Of a stretch of 64,000 nucleotides of DNA, positions 27,737 through 39,600 are shown one piece after another (the stretch's first letter is position 1; every line of letters begins with the position of its first letter). The DNA comes from an uncultured Candidatus Saccharibacteria bacterium. Lineage in GTDB: Bacteria > Patescibacteriota > Minisyncoccia > Phycocordibacterales > CSBR16-119. The position numbers and the translations under genes are program-made. The DNA lies in NCBI GenBank assembly GCA_964589975.1, contig CAZPVH010000004.1:10469-74468 (forward strand), given 5' to 3'. The notes beneath the pieces were generated by a model. It was not told the origin of the DNA. It ran no database searches and worked only from the letters and a program-made list of their open reading frames with translations.

Positions 27737-28756
27737 CTACTTCTGGCTTTCGAGGAATTTCATCACCTCTTCGTTTTCGAGGACGGATTCGATGTACGCG
27801 CGAGCGTTATTCTCATCTACGTCCTTATAGTTTTCCATAACTTTCTTCACCTCAGCGTTTACAGCGTCTGCCGGAGCTTTTATTTTCTCGGCCTTGGCAA
27901 TTTCAGCGACTACGAGCTGGAGCTTGGCGCGCTTTTCGGCGTTCTCTCGCCAATCCTTTCTCATGTCTTCAGGAGTCTTGCCAAGGTTTTTCATGTAGTC
28001 ATCGTACTTTAGTCCCATGCCTTCAATATCGGCTTTCATTTTGGATTCCATTTTCATGATTTCGGAATCAATTAGCACTTCTGGGACATCGATTGGGGTG
28101 TTTTCGATTATCTTTTCTATAATCTCGAGCCTTCTTTTGTCCTTGGCGCGGAACTCTTTCTCACTGCGGATATTCTCTGTGATCTTGGTTTTGAAATCCT
28201 GTAGACTTTCGAATCCGCCAAGCTTTTTTATGTATTCCTCATCAATCTCGGGAAGGGGTGCGTCAGCAGGAATCTCAGCGCCTTTGGCCTCTTCCTTTTG
28301 CTTCATCATTTGGACGTTCTTTAGTACGCCTTCGATCTCGGCGGGGGTAACTTCAGTTTTTATTTCATCTTTGTTAAAACTCTTGGCGATTGATTTATAA
28401 TCGGCAAGCTTTACTTCTGGAAGCGTCGCAACAGTAATGCTAAACCCGAGGGGATTGCCCTTGGCTAGCTTTGTAATATTTATGCGAGGATAGCCGATGG
28501 CGTCAATCTTGTGTTCAGTCAGAATTTTAGGATACTGCTTCGATAGTGCTGTCTGAGCCATTTCTTCGAGTATTGCCATTTCATTCACATTCTTCTCAAC
28601 AATATTTGCAGGAATGTGGCCTGGGCGGAAGCCGTCGACTTTGACGTGCTCTCCAAGGTGCTTCAGGGCGCCGGCGCGGAAAGACTCAAAAGTCTCCGCG
28701 TCAATTTCGCCTTTAATCTCAACCATACCTTTGTCTAGTTTTTTGATTTCAACCAT
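27737..28756 (-). CDS. tig: trigger factor
   Basis: N-terminal ribosome-binding domain (GFRPGHIP) and C-terminal chaperone domain. Start set at the internal ATG that abuts the ppa stop; the ORF track extends it to 28813. Confidence 0.8.
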   Translation of the reverse strand: MVEIKKLDKGMVEIKGEIDAETFESFRAGALKHLGEHVKVDGFRPGHIPANIVEKNVNEMAILEEMAQTALSKQYPKILTEHKIDAIGYPRINITKLAKGNPLGFSITVATLPEVKLADYKSIAKSFNKDEIKTEVTPAEIEGVLKNVQMMKQKEEAKGAEIPADAPLPEIDEEYIKKLGGFESLQDFKTKITENIRSEKEFRAKDKRRLEIIEKIIENTPIDVPEVLIDSEIMKMESKMKADIEGMGLKYDDYMKNLGKTPEDMRKDWRENAEKRAKLQLVVAEIAKAEKIKAPADAVNAEVKKVMENYKDVDENNARAYIESVLENEEVMKFLESQK

Positions 28757-28757
28757 A

Positions 28758-29300
28758 TTATTTATTTCCGAACTTTTCTTCATAGAGTTTGATCGACTTC
28801 TCGACGGCTGCAAGTGCGGCAGCCTTGTCAGAGATCTTGCCGATAGTCACGACTCCTTTCTCGCCCTTCTTGAGTTCCTTGTAAGTCTCGAAGAAGTGCA
28901 CATACTCCTTAAGATTGTGCTTGTTGATGTCAGAGAGATCTTTGGTATCTTCCCAGCGCTTATCATCAACCGGAACGCCGATTATCTTGTAATCAGATTC
29001 GCCGCCGTCGATCATTTCCATGACTGCTACCGGACGAACTTTAACCAACACGCCGACATTCAATGGAAAAGTTGTTAGGACAATAACATCAAGCGCGTCG
29101 CCGTCTTCCCAGAGCGTTTGCGGCACAAAGCCGTAGTCAAAAGGGTAGGGCGCAGAGCTGTAGTTTGCGCGATCGAGCGCGATAAGTCCGGTTTCTTTGT
29201 CGATCTCATACTTATTCGGAGAGTTCTTTGGGATTTCGATAATGACGTTCACTTCTTCCGGGATATTCTTTCCGCGCGTTACTTCATGCCATAGATTCAT
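28758..29300 (-). CDS. ppa: inorganic pyrophosphatase
   Basis: Family I PPase motifs (DGDALDVIVL, KIIGV) and Asp cluster. Confidence 0.9.
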   Translation of the reverse strand: MNLWHEVTRGKNIPEEVNVIIEIPKNSPNKYEIDKETGLIALDRANYSSAPYPFDYGFVPQTLWEDGDALDVIVLTTFPLNVGVLVKVRPVAVMEMIDGGESDYKIIGVPVDDKRWEDTKDLSDINKHNLKEYVHFFETYKELKKGEKGVVTIGKISDKAAALAAVEKSIKLYEEKFGNK

Positions 29301-29324
29301 ATGTTTTTCTGACTAATTTAATAA

Positions 29325-30626
29325 TTATTCAGCAGCCTTCTCCTCAGAGGATTCCTCTGTTGTTTCAGTTGGAGCTTCTTCTTTTGCCTCCTCGATAGCT
29401 TCCTCGATTATTTCTTCAGCAGATTCCGTCGGTTTCTCGTCGACAATCTCGTCGTCGGTGTCGGCTTTTGGCGCGCCTTTTCCTTTGATATCGATTCTGT
29501 AGCCGGTAAGCTTCGCTGCCAAACGGACATTTTGTCCACCTTTGCCGATAGCGAGCGAGAGCTGGTCTTCGGCGACTTCTATTTCAGCGATTTTTTCGTC
29601 TGCTTTGATGTTGATATCAAGTATTTTCGCAGGAGAGAGAGACGCCGCGACAAATTCAGCCGGGTCGGAGCTCCATTCAATGATGTCGATCTTCTCGCCT
29701 CCTAGCTCATTCATGACCGTTGTCACGCGAACACCTTTCTGGCCTACACATGAGCCGATTGGGTCGATAGAGTCGTCGTGTGACATGACTGCCATCTTTG
29801 AGCGACTACCTGCCTCGCGAGCGATTGATTTGATCTCAACAGTGCCGCTTGCGATTTCAGGAGACTCGATGGCAAAGAGCGACTCAAGGAATCTTGGGTG
29901 TGAACGGGAGAGGTCGAGGTTTACTCCGCGGCCGGTTTCTTCAACCGCCATGAGGTAAGCCTTGATGCGCTGGCCCTGCATGAATCGTTCGCCGAAGATC
30001 TGCTCTTCGCGCGGCAGGATTCCTGTTGCTCGGTGGAAATCAACGAATAGAACTCCGCGATCGATCTTCTGAACGGTTCCAGTAACAATCTCACCTTCTT
30101 TTCCGCCGTATTCTTCCATGACAGCACCGCGCTCCGCTTCGCGGATGCGCTGGATGATGACCTGCTTCGCGGTCTGAGCGGCAATTCGGCCGAAGTCATC
30201 CTTCATCTCGAGAGGGAAGACGATCTCTTCGCCGAGCTCAGAGCCCTTCTTTATCTTTTTAGCGTCTTCAAGGAGAATATGTTTCTCAGGATTGTAAACG
30301 GGAAGAGGCTCCGGTTCATTCGGATCTTTTTCCACCACCGGCTCAAAGCGCGAAGGGCGGCGCTCGTCGTCTCCAAAGTCTGCTTCTTCTCCCTCGGCCA
30401 GGAACCTTACCGTCGTATCATCAACGACTATTTTTACTTGATAAAACTCCATTCCGCCGGAATCCATATCGAGCTTTACTCTCACGATCTGGCCTTTCTT
30501 GCCGTAATCTTTTTTATAAGCCGCGGCCAAGGATTGCTCTATGGCGTCTACTATTTTGTCCCTAGGAATCTTGCGCTCCTCTTCCAGTTGCATAAGCGCT
30601 GATTTCAATGTCTTTAAGTCCAACAT
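29325..30626 (-). CDS. nusA: transcription termination/antitermination factor NusA
   Basis: N-terminal domain, S1 and two KH domains (GxxG motifs), acidic C-terminal tail. Confidence 0.9.
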   Translation of the reverse strand: MLDLKTLKSALMQLEEERKIPRDKIVDAIEQSLAAAYKKDYGKKGQIVRVKLDMDSGGMEFYQVKIVVDDTTVRFLAEGEEADFGDDERRPSRFEPVVEKDPNEPEPLPVYNPEKHILLEDAKKIKKGSELGEEIVFPLEMKDDFGRIAAQTAKQVIIQRIREAERGAVMEEYGGKEGEIVTGTVQKIDRGVLFVDFHRATGILPREEQIFGERFMQGQRIKAYLMAVEETGRGVNLDLSRSHPRFLESLFAIESPEIASGTVEIKSIAREAGSRSKMAVMSHDDSIDPIGSCVGQKGVRVTTVMNELGGEKIDIIEWSSDPAEFVAASLSPAKILDINIKADEKIAEIEVAEDQLSLAIGKGGQNVRLAAKLTGYRIDIKGKGAPKADTDDEIVDEKPTESAEEIIEEAIEEAKEEAPTETTEESSEEKAAE

Positions 30627-30754
30627 ATATTTAATTGTTACTCCTATTAAATTTTAAACCCTTAATAAAATAGCCCTGGAGGCCAGGACAATCACGCTTC
30701 TATAATAATATTCCACATCAAATAAGTCAAATGTTATGTGCGGCGTGATAAAAT

Positions 30755-33727
30755 ATGGCAATGAAAAAACTTTCAGATGAATTCGTGCTTTCGGTCGGGA
30801 TGCTCCTTACGGCGTTTTTGATTTTTCAAGCAGCTATTATCCCCGGGATGTACAACAAAGATCAAACAGCTGCAGTTTTTACATCTAAGAAAGATTCGTT
30901 TGAAATCAGTCCTTCCAAGTCAAACCCAAAAGTATTTAGTTTTGAATATAAATTTGAAACTTTAAAATCTGGCAAAGAAGCTTACTTTGATATACCGATT
31001 AGGAGGTTTGATGACAAAAGAACTTCTCTTGGCGCGGACAATGAGATTTTTGGCAACATAAGAGACGCATGGAACTATCCTGTCAGAGAAAATGCGTTCA
31101 TGAATGCTCGTGGTGGGGGAGAAAAAAGAGGCGGAGATGACCGCTCTGATGAAGATCCAGACGTTCTTGGGCAAGTGAACTGTCGAGCAAATACTGATAT
31201 TGATGGCTATTTTAAAGCTTATTTTGAGGATGTGGCGCTGGGGAATGGTGTCGGTTACGCGGATCAGATTTTTGGAGAGGCTAGGCGAAACGAAGTCTGT
31301 CAGGTTCTACAGGATATCTCAGAACTCATCAATCTTGATGAGACGGACGTAACTCCTGATATTATATTCATGGCAGACCCTGGAAATATTCCGCCAAATG
31401 CACTGGCAGGAGCTTCATCCTATTTTAACAATGCCTCGATTGGGCCGGACAACGGATTTCTACATCGCCACATCATCTCGGAGGAAGATCCAACGCCGGC
31501 AGACGGAATGTTTGATGCTTATGTTGTCACAAATTTTAATGGTATCAGCTGGGATGTTGATACGGATTTGAATCCTGGCACATATGACATGTATTCCGTC
31601 CTGTATCACGAAATATTACACGCCCTTGGTTTCAGGGGACTTCTACCTGCTGTTATAACTAATTCAGGTTCTACGTTCCATCACGATACATTTGACAGCT
31701 TCTCATTCAAGGATGATTCTTTAGCGGATCAGTTCATTGATCCGAGTGACTTTAGTCTTGATGTATTTAACGGAGCCCCATCGCCTTGGTTTGTTACAAA
31801 CGATGTTGTTTATAGGGGCACGAGGAATTTGGACGGGGCAGTTCCTGACGGCATCAGGCCTATTTATAGCCCGATTGGGTGGCAGCAGGGCTCGTCTCTG
31901 TCACACTTTGATATGGCGAGAGCGAATGGCGAGGTCTACGTTATGCATCCATCAATTGGCACCAATACCGAGCGTTCGATTCACGAGCATGAAAAGGAGG
32001 TTTTATGCCACCTAGGCTATGTGGTAGAGGGGGTGAGTGGCTGCGAAGACGCGACGCCTTGGGCCGAAAATGATGTCGCGGCCCTACAGACTGGAAGCGC
32101 GATTTGCATTGAACCGCTTTTAAATGATTTTTCTCTTGAAAATGGGACTGTCCGCCTCAATGAGGTTATTCCTATAGATATTCAAGCAGGGGATGTTATT
32201 GCGTACCATAGTACTGTTAACTGCACAGGTGCGCCGCTCCCGGATGCTGATTGGGCCAGGACCATATTATTTGAATCAACAAGCAATGATAGCGTAAGAC
32301 TTCTGGCTTATAGGGATAGAGATACTGCCTCGGATAGGTTGTCGAATCAGGCAATTATCAAGATTGTGGGAGATTGCAGCAATGATCCAGATGAATATGT
32401 CTGCAATGGAGATTTCGAGATGACAACTGCCCCAAATGACGCATTCATTTCCTGTCCGAACGGCTGGGACCCCTTCATTTCCGCGACTACTTACTGGTGT
32501 AACGCATACGACGATGGCGCCTATGTTCTTTCGGCAAATCAGCAGATGGACATAGTTGTTCCAGAGAACGATGATTATATTGCAGATGTTAATCCTTTGC
32601 CTTGGGCCTTCTCTAACAAGCTTCGTCAGCCACTCGTTGCCGGGGAAGATTACATTTTGTCTTTCGATATGTGGGGCCACATGGATTATATACCTCCGGC
32701 GCTCATAATCGGTTTAAATATGGAGCCATTGGTCGGCCACACCGCTGAAACATGGTATGCCGACGCGGAGTCTTTTCCCGATCAGACTATACCGGTAACC
32801 CAATTGGGAGAGCCGATTTCTCAAACCATCCTAAATGTCTGGTGGGATCATTACGAAATTCCATTCACGGCGAATGACAACTATGAATCTCTTATTTTTG
32901 GATCAGATATATACAAATTATTCCTAGACAATATATCTATCAAGCGAGCAGATATTTTTGAAGAAGGCGGATTAAATACAGTTCAGGGCAAGGTTTATTA
33001 TGATCTCAATTCAAACGGTCAGCTAGAGACAGGCGAGAGCGGGTTGAGCGGTATAACAGTTGGAATATTTCCGCTTGGTTCAACAATACCGCTTGCCACC
33101 ACAACGACAGAAGATGGTGTAAATCTCGGTGAATACGTGTTTGAAAATATGCCCGACAATGTATATAGAATGGTCCTCATGGATGAATCTGTTTTTCCAT
33201 CTGTTACCGAACCAGCGTCTAATAGCTTATTGCCGGGGTACAACCATGCAGTGCATACGTATATCGTCGATGGCGAGACGTCCGAAGGTAATGATTTTGG
33301 TGTCACGCTCGAGGTTGGTCAAATGCCGAATATTCATCTAAAGAAAGGGTTGGCGGATTCCTCGCTCTCTCTTATTGATCGCAATATTACATGGCAGATT
33401 GAGGCTACAAATACGGGAGAAATCGCTGCTCATAACGTTAATATTTCAGACCCTATTCCACTCGGACTTATATACTATAGCCACGTTACACCATCTCCAA
33501 ACATTTATAGCCCAGATACCCATATCTGGAATCTCCCGGTCGTTCAGTCGGGCCAGACGATCGTTCTCCAGATCACCATGAAAGTTCCGCTAGGAACTTG
33601 CGGCAAAAAAGACAATACGGCCAACCTGGTATCTCTAAATGAAGTCGATAGCGATCCAGCTGACAATGTCGCATCGGCGACAATCAAGCTTCGACCGTGC
33701 GGAAATCAAATTGAATCAGTGAAGTAG
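30755..33727 (+). CDS. large secreted protein with HExxH zinc-metallopeptidase-like motif, CnaB/SdrD-type and DUF11 repeat domains
   Basis: Signal peptide, YSVLYHEILHALGF, a CnaB-like segment (VQGKVYYDLNSNGQLETGESGLSGITVG) and a DUF11-like C-terminus. The true start is probably the ATG at 30761 (TGaTAAAAT-N6-ATG). Confidence 0.6.
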   Translation: MAMKKLSDEFVLSVGMLLTAFLIFQAAIIPGMYNKDQTAAVFTSKKDSFEISPSKSNPKVFSFEYKFETLKSGKEAYFDIPIRRFDDKRTSLGADNEIFGNIRDAWNYPVRENAFMNARGGGEKRGGDDRSDEDPDVLGQVNCRANTDIDGYFKAYFEDVALGNGVGYADQIFGEARRNEVCQVLQDISELINLDETDVTPDIIFMADPGNIPPNALAGASSYFNNASIGPDNGFLHRHIISEEDPTPADGMFDAYVVTNFNGISWDVDTDLNPGTYDMYSVLYHEILHALGFRGLLPAVITNSGSTFHHDTFDSFSFKDDSLADQFIDPSDFSLDVFNGAPSPWFVTNDVVYRGTRNLDGAVPDGIRPIYSPIGWQQGSSLSHFDMARANGEVYVMHPSIGTNTERSIHEHEKEVLCHLGYVVEGVSGCEDATPWAENDVAALQTGSAICIEPLLNDFSLENGTVRLNEVIPIDIQAGDVIAYHSTVNCTGAPLPDADWARTILFESTSNDSVRLLAYRDRDTASDRLSNQAIIKIVGDCSNDPDEYVCNGDFEMTTAPNDAFISCPNGWDPFISATTYWCNAYDDGAYVLSANQQMDIVVPENDDYIADVNPLPWAFSNKLRQPLVAGEDYILSFDMWGHMDYIPPALIIGLNMEPLVGHTAETWYADAESFPDQTIPVTQLGEPISQTILNVWWDHYEIPFTANDNYESLIFGSDIYKLFLDNISIKRADIFEEGGLNTVQGKVYYDLNSNGQLETGESGLSGITVGIFPLGSTIPLATTTTEDGVNLGEYVFENMPDNVYRMVLMDESVFPSVTEPASNSLLPGYNHAVHTYIVDGETSEGNDFGVTLEVGQMPNIHLKKGLADSSLSLIDRNITWQIEATNTGEIAAHNVNISDPIPLGLIYYSHVTPSPNIYSPDTHIWNLPVVQSGQTIVLQITMKVPLGTCGKKDNTANLVSLNEVDSDPADNVASATIKLRPCGNQIESVK

Positions 33728-33828
33728 ATTTTGTTGGTTATCCACAAAGATTATATATAGAATCACTCGGTACGCGGCTCAGGTGTTATGATAGTACTAT
33801 CAATTAGAACTAAGCTTGTTTTTTATTT

Positions 33829-34131
33829 ATGAATTCGCAAACGCAAATCAAAAAGAAGTCTCAATGGTTTCTGTATGCCCTTCTTGTAGTTTTGGTAATC
33901 ATCGTACTTATCATAATGATTGGTAAAAATAAGCAAGAAAAGATTTCGGATGATCGTCGCGATCAAATAATAGAGCTTCTGAGGGCTAGAAACACTGCAA
34001 ACTCAAACCTGACACCGGAACAGCAAGCCCAGGTTGTAGATAAACTTCGCGCAGGCAATAAAACCAACAAGAGCAATCTTAATGAGGAGCAAATGCAGCA
34101 GGTCATGGACTCGCTCCGATCGAGGCAATAA
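33829..34131 (+). CDS. small TM protein with internal duplicated LRARN/LRAGN motif
   Basis: 100 aa with an N-terminal TM helix and repeated Q-rich segments. Confidence 0.45.
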   Translation: MNSQTQIKKKSQWFLYALLVVLVIIVLIIMIGKNKQEKISDDRRDQIIELLRARNTANSNLTPEQQAQVVDKLRAGNKTNKSNLNEEQMQQVMDSLRSRQ

Positions 34132-34143
34132 TCTCATGACTTT

Positions 34144-36468
34144 ATGGTCCGTTTCCTTTTAAAAAGCAAGACCAGGAAAATCAGAACCTCCATTATCGCG
34201 GGGGCTCTGATTGTTTTCGGAGCTATTTTCTTTGGTTTCGGTGGCGCGCAGGCGGCTCCAAACTTTGATCCGATTCCTGCAGATTCTGAGCCAGGAGATA
34301 TTTCCGGATTTGCTTGGATGGGAACTGATATTAATAATCCGGGACAGAGTGAGGGAGGAGGGGGGTGGCTTAATATGAGTTGCAAAACTTCTTATTGCTA
34401 CGACTGGAATGGCAACGGCTCTTTAGAAGATAATGAAAAGTGGGGCGTCACCATAAATTTGAGCCACACGGCTTCTGCTGGAAGTTTCTCTGGCTATGCC
34501 TGGAGTTCAAATTACGGATGGCTGGCATTTAGGGGTCCAGGAATATCGAGATGCTGGACACAGCATCCAGGTATAACCACCGATGGAATGGTTCAGGCAG
34601 ACATATGGGGCGGTGGAAGTTTGATCGATGTTACGGGGTGGGCTCAATTCGTGGCTGGGGGAGATAATGATCTTGATGGTTGGGACGGTTGCGTTGCTTT
34701 TAGTGGTGCGAATCACGGCGTAAAGCTCAACATGGATACTGGGGATCTCGAGGGTTGGGCCTGGGGTGGTCCGGTTGTGGGTTGGATCAGTTTCCAGACG
34801 CCAGAATGTCCAGAGTGCAATACCAGCGTTAACCTAGGGGGAACTCCGCAGCTCACTTTCTGGGCAAGCCCAACAGTACTTACTCCCGGCATAACCAGCT
34901 CGACTCTCCATTGGACGTCAAATACTGTAAACGGGAATTACGTGGCTACGTGTACGGATTATAATAATACTAGTAATTACACCCATTGGAGAAGTGTCGG
35001 CATGCCGACCGTCACTAATGTAGGAGAAATCAGTACAAGTGAGGGCAATCTGCCTAATGGGACCCATCCGATAAATAACGTGACCCAGACTACTACGTAT
35101 AGTCTTACATGCCAAGACAGGTTCGGCGAGGATTTGCCGACCCAGTATGTGACGGTGACTGTACAAGTACCTGGCTGTACTGATCCATTGGCTCCAAACT
35201 ACAATCCGCTCGCGAACATTGATGATGGTAGTTGCGGAGGCGCCGGTACGCCAACTGTTACACTAAACGTTATTACAAATGGTTCTCCTGATAATACATT
35301 GCCAGAAGGCAGTAGTAACGCTACCGACTATCAAGTGAGTCCGCGATGGGTATTCACTAATAGAAACCAATTTGCTTCGGCATACTGTACTCAGTCATTC
35401 AAAGACGAGAACGGTGTGACACAGAACTTGAATGCATGGACCGGATCACAATTATCTAACCCAACGCTTGTTGGAAACAATCCATTCGATACTTCAGGTA
35501 ACAGCTGGGTTACAACGACAAATATCGCAACGTACGCGGATGACGCGCCGGTCGGTTCAGTGTTCACCTTTACTATCTCTTGTGTGGATCTTGGTGGGGT
35601 TACTCATTCTGCGAGTGATACGGTGATAATTGTTGCCGGACCAATCGATCCGCCAACACCGTCACTTGCGCTCTTCGCTGAGAATCCGACCATTATTATT
35701 GGTAGCGGTAATTATGACGAAAAGCTTTGGTGGTCATCTAACAATCCTAGCGAGCTTGAATCCTGTACAGGCGACTTCGTTCGAACTTCTCCTTCAGCGC
35801 AGAACCCGAACTTGGTTGGTTGGGAAACAGGTAATCTGCCTGAGCCGAACGTTAACCAAAATCCTGGCCACACCGCCCATCAAACTGCATTCAACACTTT
35901 GGCCGCAGGCGTAACATCTCCAGCGACATATAGATTTACCCTCACTTGTGACGATGATTTGCATCCTGGTGAAGAAGTTAGCGCTTCAACCAACATACAG
36001 TTTATTGATACTCCGGTCTCGACCGAGCCACCATTCGTTTCGCTATCTATTAAGACGCCTGATACGAACCCAGTCGGAGGCGGATCAGAGCAGATTCCAG
36101 CTGGTGGTATTGACCCATTCACCCTCAAGTGGTCAGCTCTCAATGTTCACGGATGTAAGGCAGCATCCGATCAGTACTTGCCAGGCGGCACATCTCCTGT
36201 AAGCAGCAATGCGAACTGGGACGGTCAACCTGTTCCTGACGATGGTGATCCTACAGACTCATCGATGGTAGAGAAAACCTTCCCTATACTGCCTCCGGAT
36301 AACATGAACACGATTTTCTTCATCACTGACTGTGTTCCTGATGATCCGACAACATTTGGAAGTGCGCCGTTACCTGATGTGTGGGTATGTATGTCGATCA
36401 CCGGACAAGCATTCCAGTCATGTAGTCCGTCTGGACCAGGTCGACCACCGGCTTACATAGAAATCTAA
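34144..36468 (+). CDS. large secreted hypothetical protein (774 aa)
   Basis: Signal peptide; Trp/Gly/Thr-rich predicted beta-rich domains; no catalytic motif recognised. Confidence 0.6.
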   Translation: MVRFLLKSKTRKIRTSIIAGALIVFGAIFFGFGGAQAAPNFDPIPADSEPGDISGFAWMGTDINNPGQSEGGGGWLNMSCKTSYCYDWNGNGSLEDNEKWGVTINLSHTASAGSFSGYAWSSNYGWLAFRGPGISRCWTQHPGITTDGMVQADIWGGGSLIDVTGWAQFVAGGDNDLDGWDGCVAFSGANHGVKLNMDTGDLEGWAWGGPVVGWISFQTPECPECNTSVNLGGTPQLTFWASPTVLTPGITSSTLHWTSNTVNGNYVATCTDYNNTSNYTHWRSVGMPTVTNVGEISTSEGNLPNGTHPINNVTQTTTYSLTCQDRFGEDLPTQYVTVTVQVPGCTDPLAPNYNPLANIDDGSCGGAGTPTVTLNVITNGSPDNTLPEGSSNATDYQVSPRWVFTNRNQFASAYCTQSFKDENGVTQNLNAWTGSQLSNPTLVGNNPFDTSGNSWVTTTNIATYADDAPVGSVFTFTISCVDLGGVTHSASDTVIIVAGPIDPPTPSLALFAENPTIIIGSGNYDEKLWWSSNNPSELESCTGDFVRTSPSAQNPNLVGWETGNLPEPNVNQNPGHTAHQTAFNTLAAGVTSPATYRFTLTCDDDLHPGEEVSASTNIQFIDTPVSTEPPFVSLSIKTPDTNPVGGGSEQIPAGGIDPFTLKWSALNVHGCKAASDQYLPGGTSPVSSNANWDGQPVPDDGDPTDSSMVEKTFPILPPDNMNTIFFITDCVPDDPTTFGSAPLPDVWVCMSITGQAFQSCSPSGPGRPPAYIEI

Positions 36469-36618
36469 AAGAAAAATCAAAAACTTCGCATTAGCGAAGT
36501 TTTTGATTGAGTGGGTTTTCCACAAACTGTATGACAAATGTCAACAGGGAAGAGCCATGAAGTGATATTATAGAAGAAGCTTTAGAAATTATTAGTCGCA
36601 TTATTTTTATTATTTGTT

Positions 36619-39600
36619 ATGTCATCTTTTAGAACCAAAGTCGCCGCCGCAGTTTTCACAATCGTCGCTCTCACATTCGGGCCATACGCGGCTCTCGCGC
36701 AGAACTCCTGGACTCCGCCGACACAGGCTCCGACCGGCGGCAACGTTCCGGCTCCGGTAAACGTCGGAATATCCGACCAGACCAAGCTTGGACCTTTGTC
36801 GATAAAGGGCGCTTTCAAGAGCCTCTCCACTTCTACGCTCTCTGGTGATGTTGTCACTCAGCCTGACACCAGTGGCTTTGGCTTCATGGCAAACTTTCTT
36901 GAGACATTCTTCTATAACAATGTCTATGTGGGAGATGCAACTCCTTTCAATGGTTCCGGTAATGAAATCCCGGTAGACTTCAATGTCTACGGTAAGTTCA
37001 AATATCAAACAGCAGATAATGCCGGCAATCCTGAGCCAGTAAATCCTGGTGACATTCTCGTGGCCAATGACGAGGGCTACACCGAATGGGCTGACCCATC
37101 AACTATTTCAGGTGGCGGTTCAGACCCAAGATTGCCAAATGGTACATCAAAAGGCGACACATTATATTGGGATCCGACCACTAGTAAATGGGTGGTAGCA
37201 TCAAATGTTCAAATAAGTCCAAATGTTTTTGAGTCTCTTCGAGCTACTGGCACAAATGGAGGACTTCATGTTTTGAATGACGGCTCAGTGGTTTCTGATT
37301 ACCGAGCTTCTTTTACCGGCGGACTCAAAGTAACTCTTCCGAGCGGCGCTCCGACACCTGGACAGGTTCTTGAAACATCAGACAACCAAGGAAACATAGC
37401 TTGGGGAGATGGACTACCTCCGGGAGGAAATAATGGTGATGTTTTGGTGTGGAACAGTACTACTAATCAATGGGAATCGACGACTTTCAATGTAACTGGA
37501 AGTCTTCCTCCGGGTAACTCAACCGGCCAGTCTCTTCGATGGACCGGTACTGCATGGCAGGTGACGGATGCTGTTAAGACTCCGAGCGATACAACTGTCC
37601 AGATTGGCGCCAACGCAAGCAACACCGCAGTCATGATTGGAAACACGGTCAACACGTCGTTCATGCAGATCAATTCCAACAGTTTAAATTTAAACCCTGA
37701 CGCTATCAGTATCCCTCTAAACGGCACAGCCGCTGCTGGTAAGGTTCTGGCCTCAAGTAATAACACTGGTGCCCTGGCTTGGACAGATGTCTCAAGTCTT
37801 CCCGGGGGACTTCCCGCAGGAACAACTGGTCAGACCCTTTGGCACAACGGCACATCATGGCAACCTACAAGCAAACTTATTTGGAACGGCGCAGGAGAAG
37901 TCTTAAAGTTTGAAGGATCGGGTCTTCTTTTGAAGGGGGAGGGCGGCGCACTCGACCCAGCTGAGGGACGATTCTTGCAGTCTAAAAATGATCAGGGGGA
38001 AGTAGTATGGAATAAATACTTTGTTTATAAAGACATACCTTATGTAGATGATGGTGTAGACAAGCATATCGACTCTATCGAGATTCTTGAAAGCAATGGT
38101 GATGATACCAGGACTTCTGGACTGGCTAACTATGGCGAATATACTTACCTTGCGAATCGTTTAGAAGTCGATGGTCTTACGTTCCTAAATAACGACACAG
38201 AGGTTAACGGCGAGTCTATATTAAATGGCAATACCACAATTTCTACTAGTGGAGACCTGTGGCTTGAGGGAATCGACGCCCTGCCACCGACACAGATGGA
38301 TCTTAATGGCAATCCTGTATCGATGAATTACAACCTAGAGTCTCTTTGTATAAATAGACAAGATTTCAAGGTCGTCCTCTGTGATCCAGGCGCGGGCAAA
38401 CCAAAGCCTCAAGTTATTGGAACATTTACAGAGACTTTTGGTCCTGGTTCTGGCACAGGCGTATCATTCCCAAGACCTAATCAGGCCCCAGGTCCTGTTG
38501 AGGTGAAAATGTGTGCTGCTGGCGGTGGTGGTGGTGGTGGTGGACGTGGATTTGAGATTGATCTTAATGAATATGGTCACGGTGGTGGTGGTGGTGGTGG
38601 TGGTGGTAAGGGGCAATGTTCGACAACTACAATAAATCCTGGTGATGGAGAAGAAATCACATGGACATCGATAGGCGCAGGTGGTTCTGGAGGAAGTCCG
38701 GGAAATATTGATGTGGTCTATGGTTACGGCGAGCCGTATCAGGTAAATGCTAATACTGCAGCTACAAGCGGTCAGCCTGGAGGAGGTACTCAGGTTTATT
38801 TTGAAGGAAATCTATTGGCTAGTCTAATGGGCGGATCAGGTGGTTATGCGGGCGGAAATGCTAGTACTAGCGGACAAGGTATCGGTGGAAGTGGTGGTTC
38901 GAGTGATTTAACAGTTGCTACTGTTTGGTGGCATAAGGGTGCCAACGGTCAAATAGACTCAGAGGGTGGCAATGGTGGTCATGGTGGTAAAGGAGAAGAT
39001 AATGCTTCTGGGCAGGGTGGTGAGGGTGGTGGTTCTGGTCAATTTCAAAGTGGCCAACAATTTGGTGGAAATGGAATGCAGGGAGCTGCTGGTTATGGCG
39101 GCGGTGGCGGTGGCGGCGCATCTGGAAAGTGGTACGATTACGCCTATACTTTAAGTAATCAGAATGATGATGATAACGCTTACGTTAGTCATGGAGGCTG
39201 GGGCGGAAATGGCGGAAGTGGTTATGTTGCTATTACCTACAACATATATCTTCCAGATCCGGAACCTATTACTGAACAGCTCTTTACAGAATCAGGCACG
39301 TTTAACATAAATGTTATTCCGACAAATGTTGTTGATGTTACTATCGAAGCTTGGGGAGGCGGCGGTGGCGGAGGACTTGCTCAAAACGCTGTTGGTGGTC
39401 TGTCCGGAAGCCACAATAGATACGGCGGCGGCGGAGGTTCTGGAGGCTATGCGAAGACGATTATTCCGAGAGCAAACCTCACAAATACTCTGAATGTAAT
39501 CGTTGGCGGAGGAGGAGCAGCCTCAGCTAATGGTGGACCAAGTAGTGTTGTCGGGGGCGGTCAGATTGTTACGGCATACGGTGGTGAGGGCGGAAAAGAC

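Noticed and set aside
38521-38612. Short tandem GGT repeats considered as a possible CRISPR or VNTR array.
   Set aside because: Units are 3 nt, in frame and encode poly-Gly within a long ORF. There are no spacers and no cas genes.
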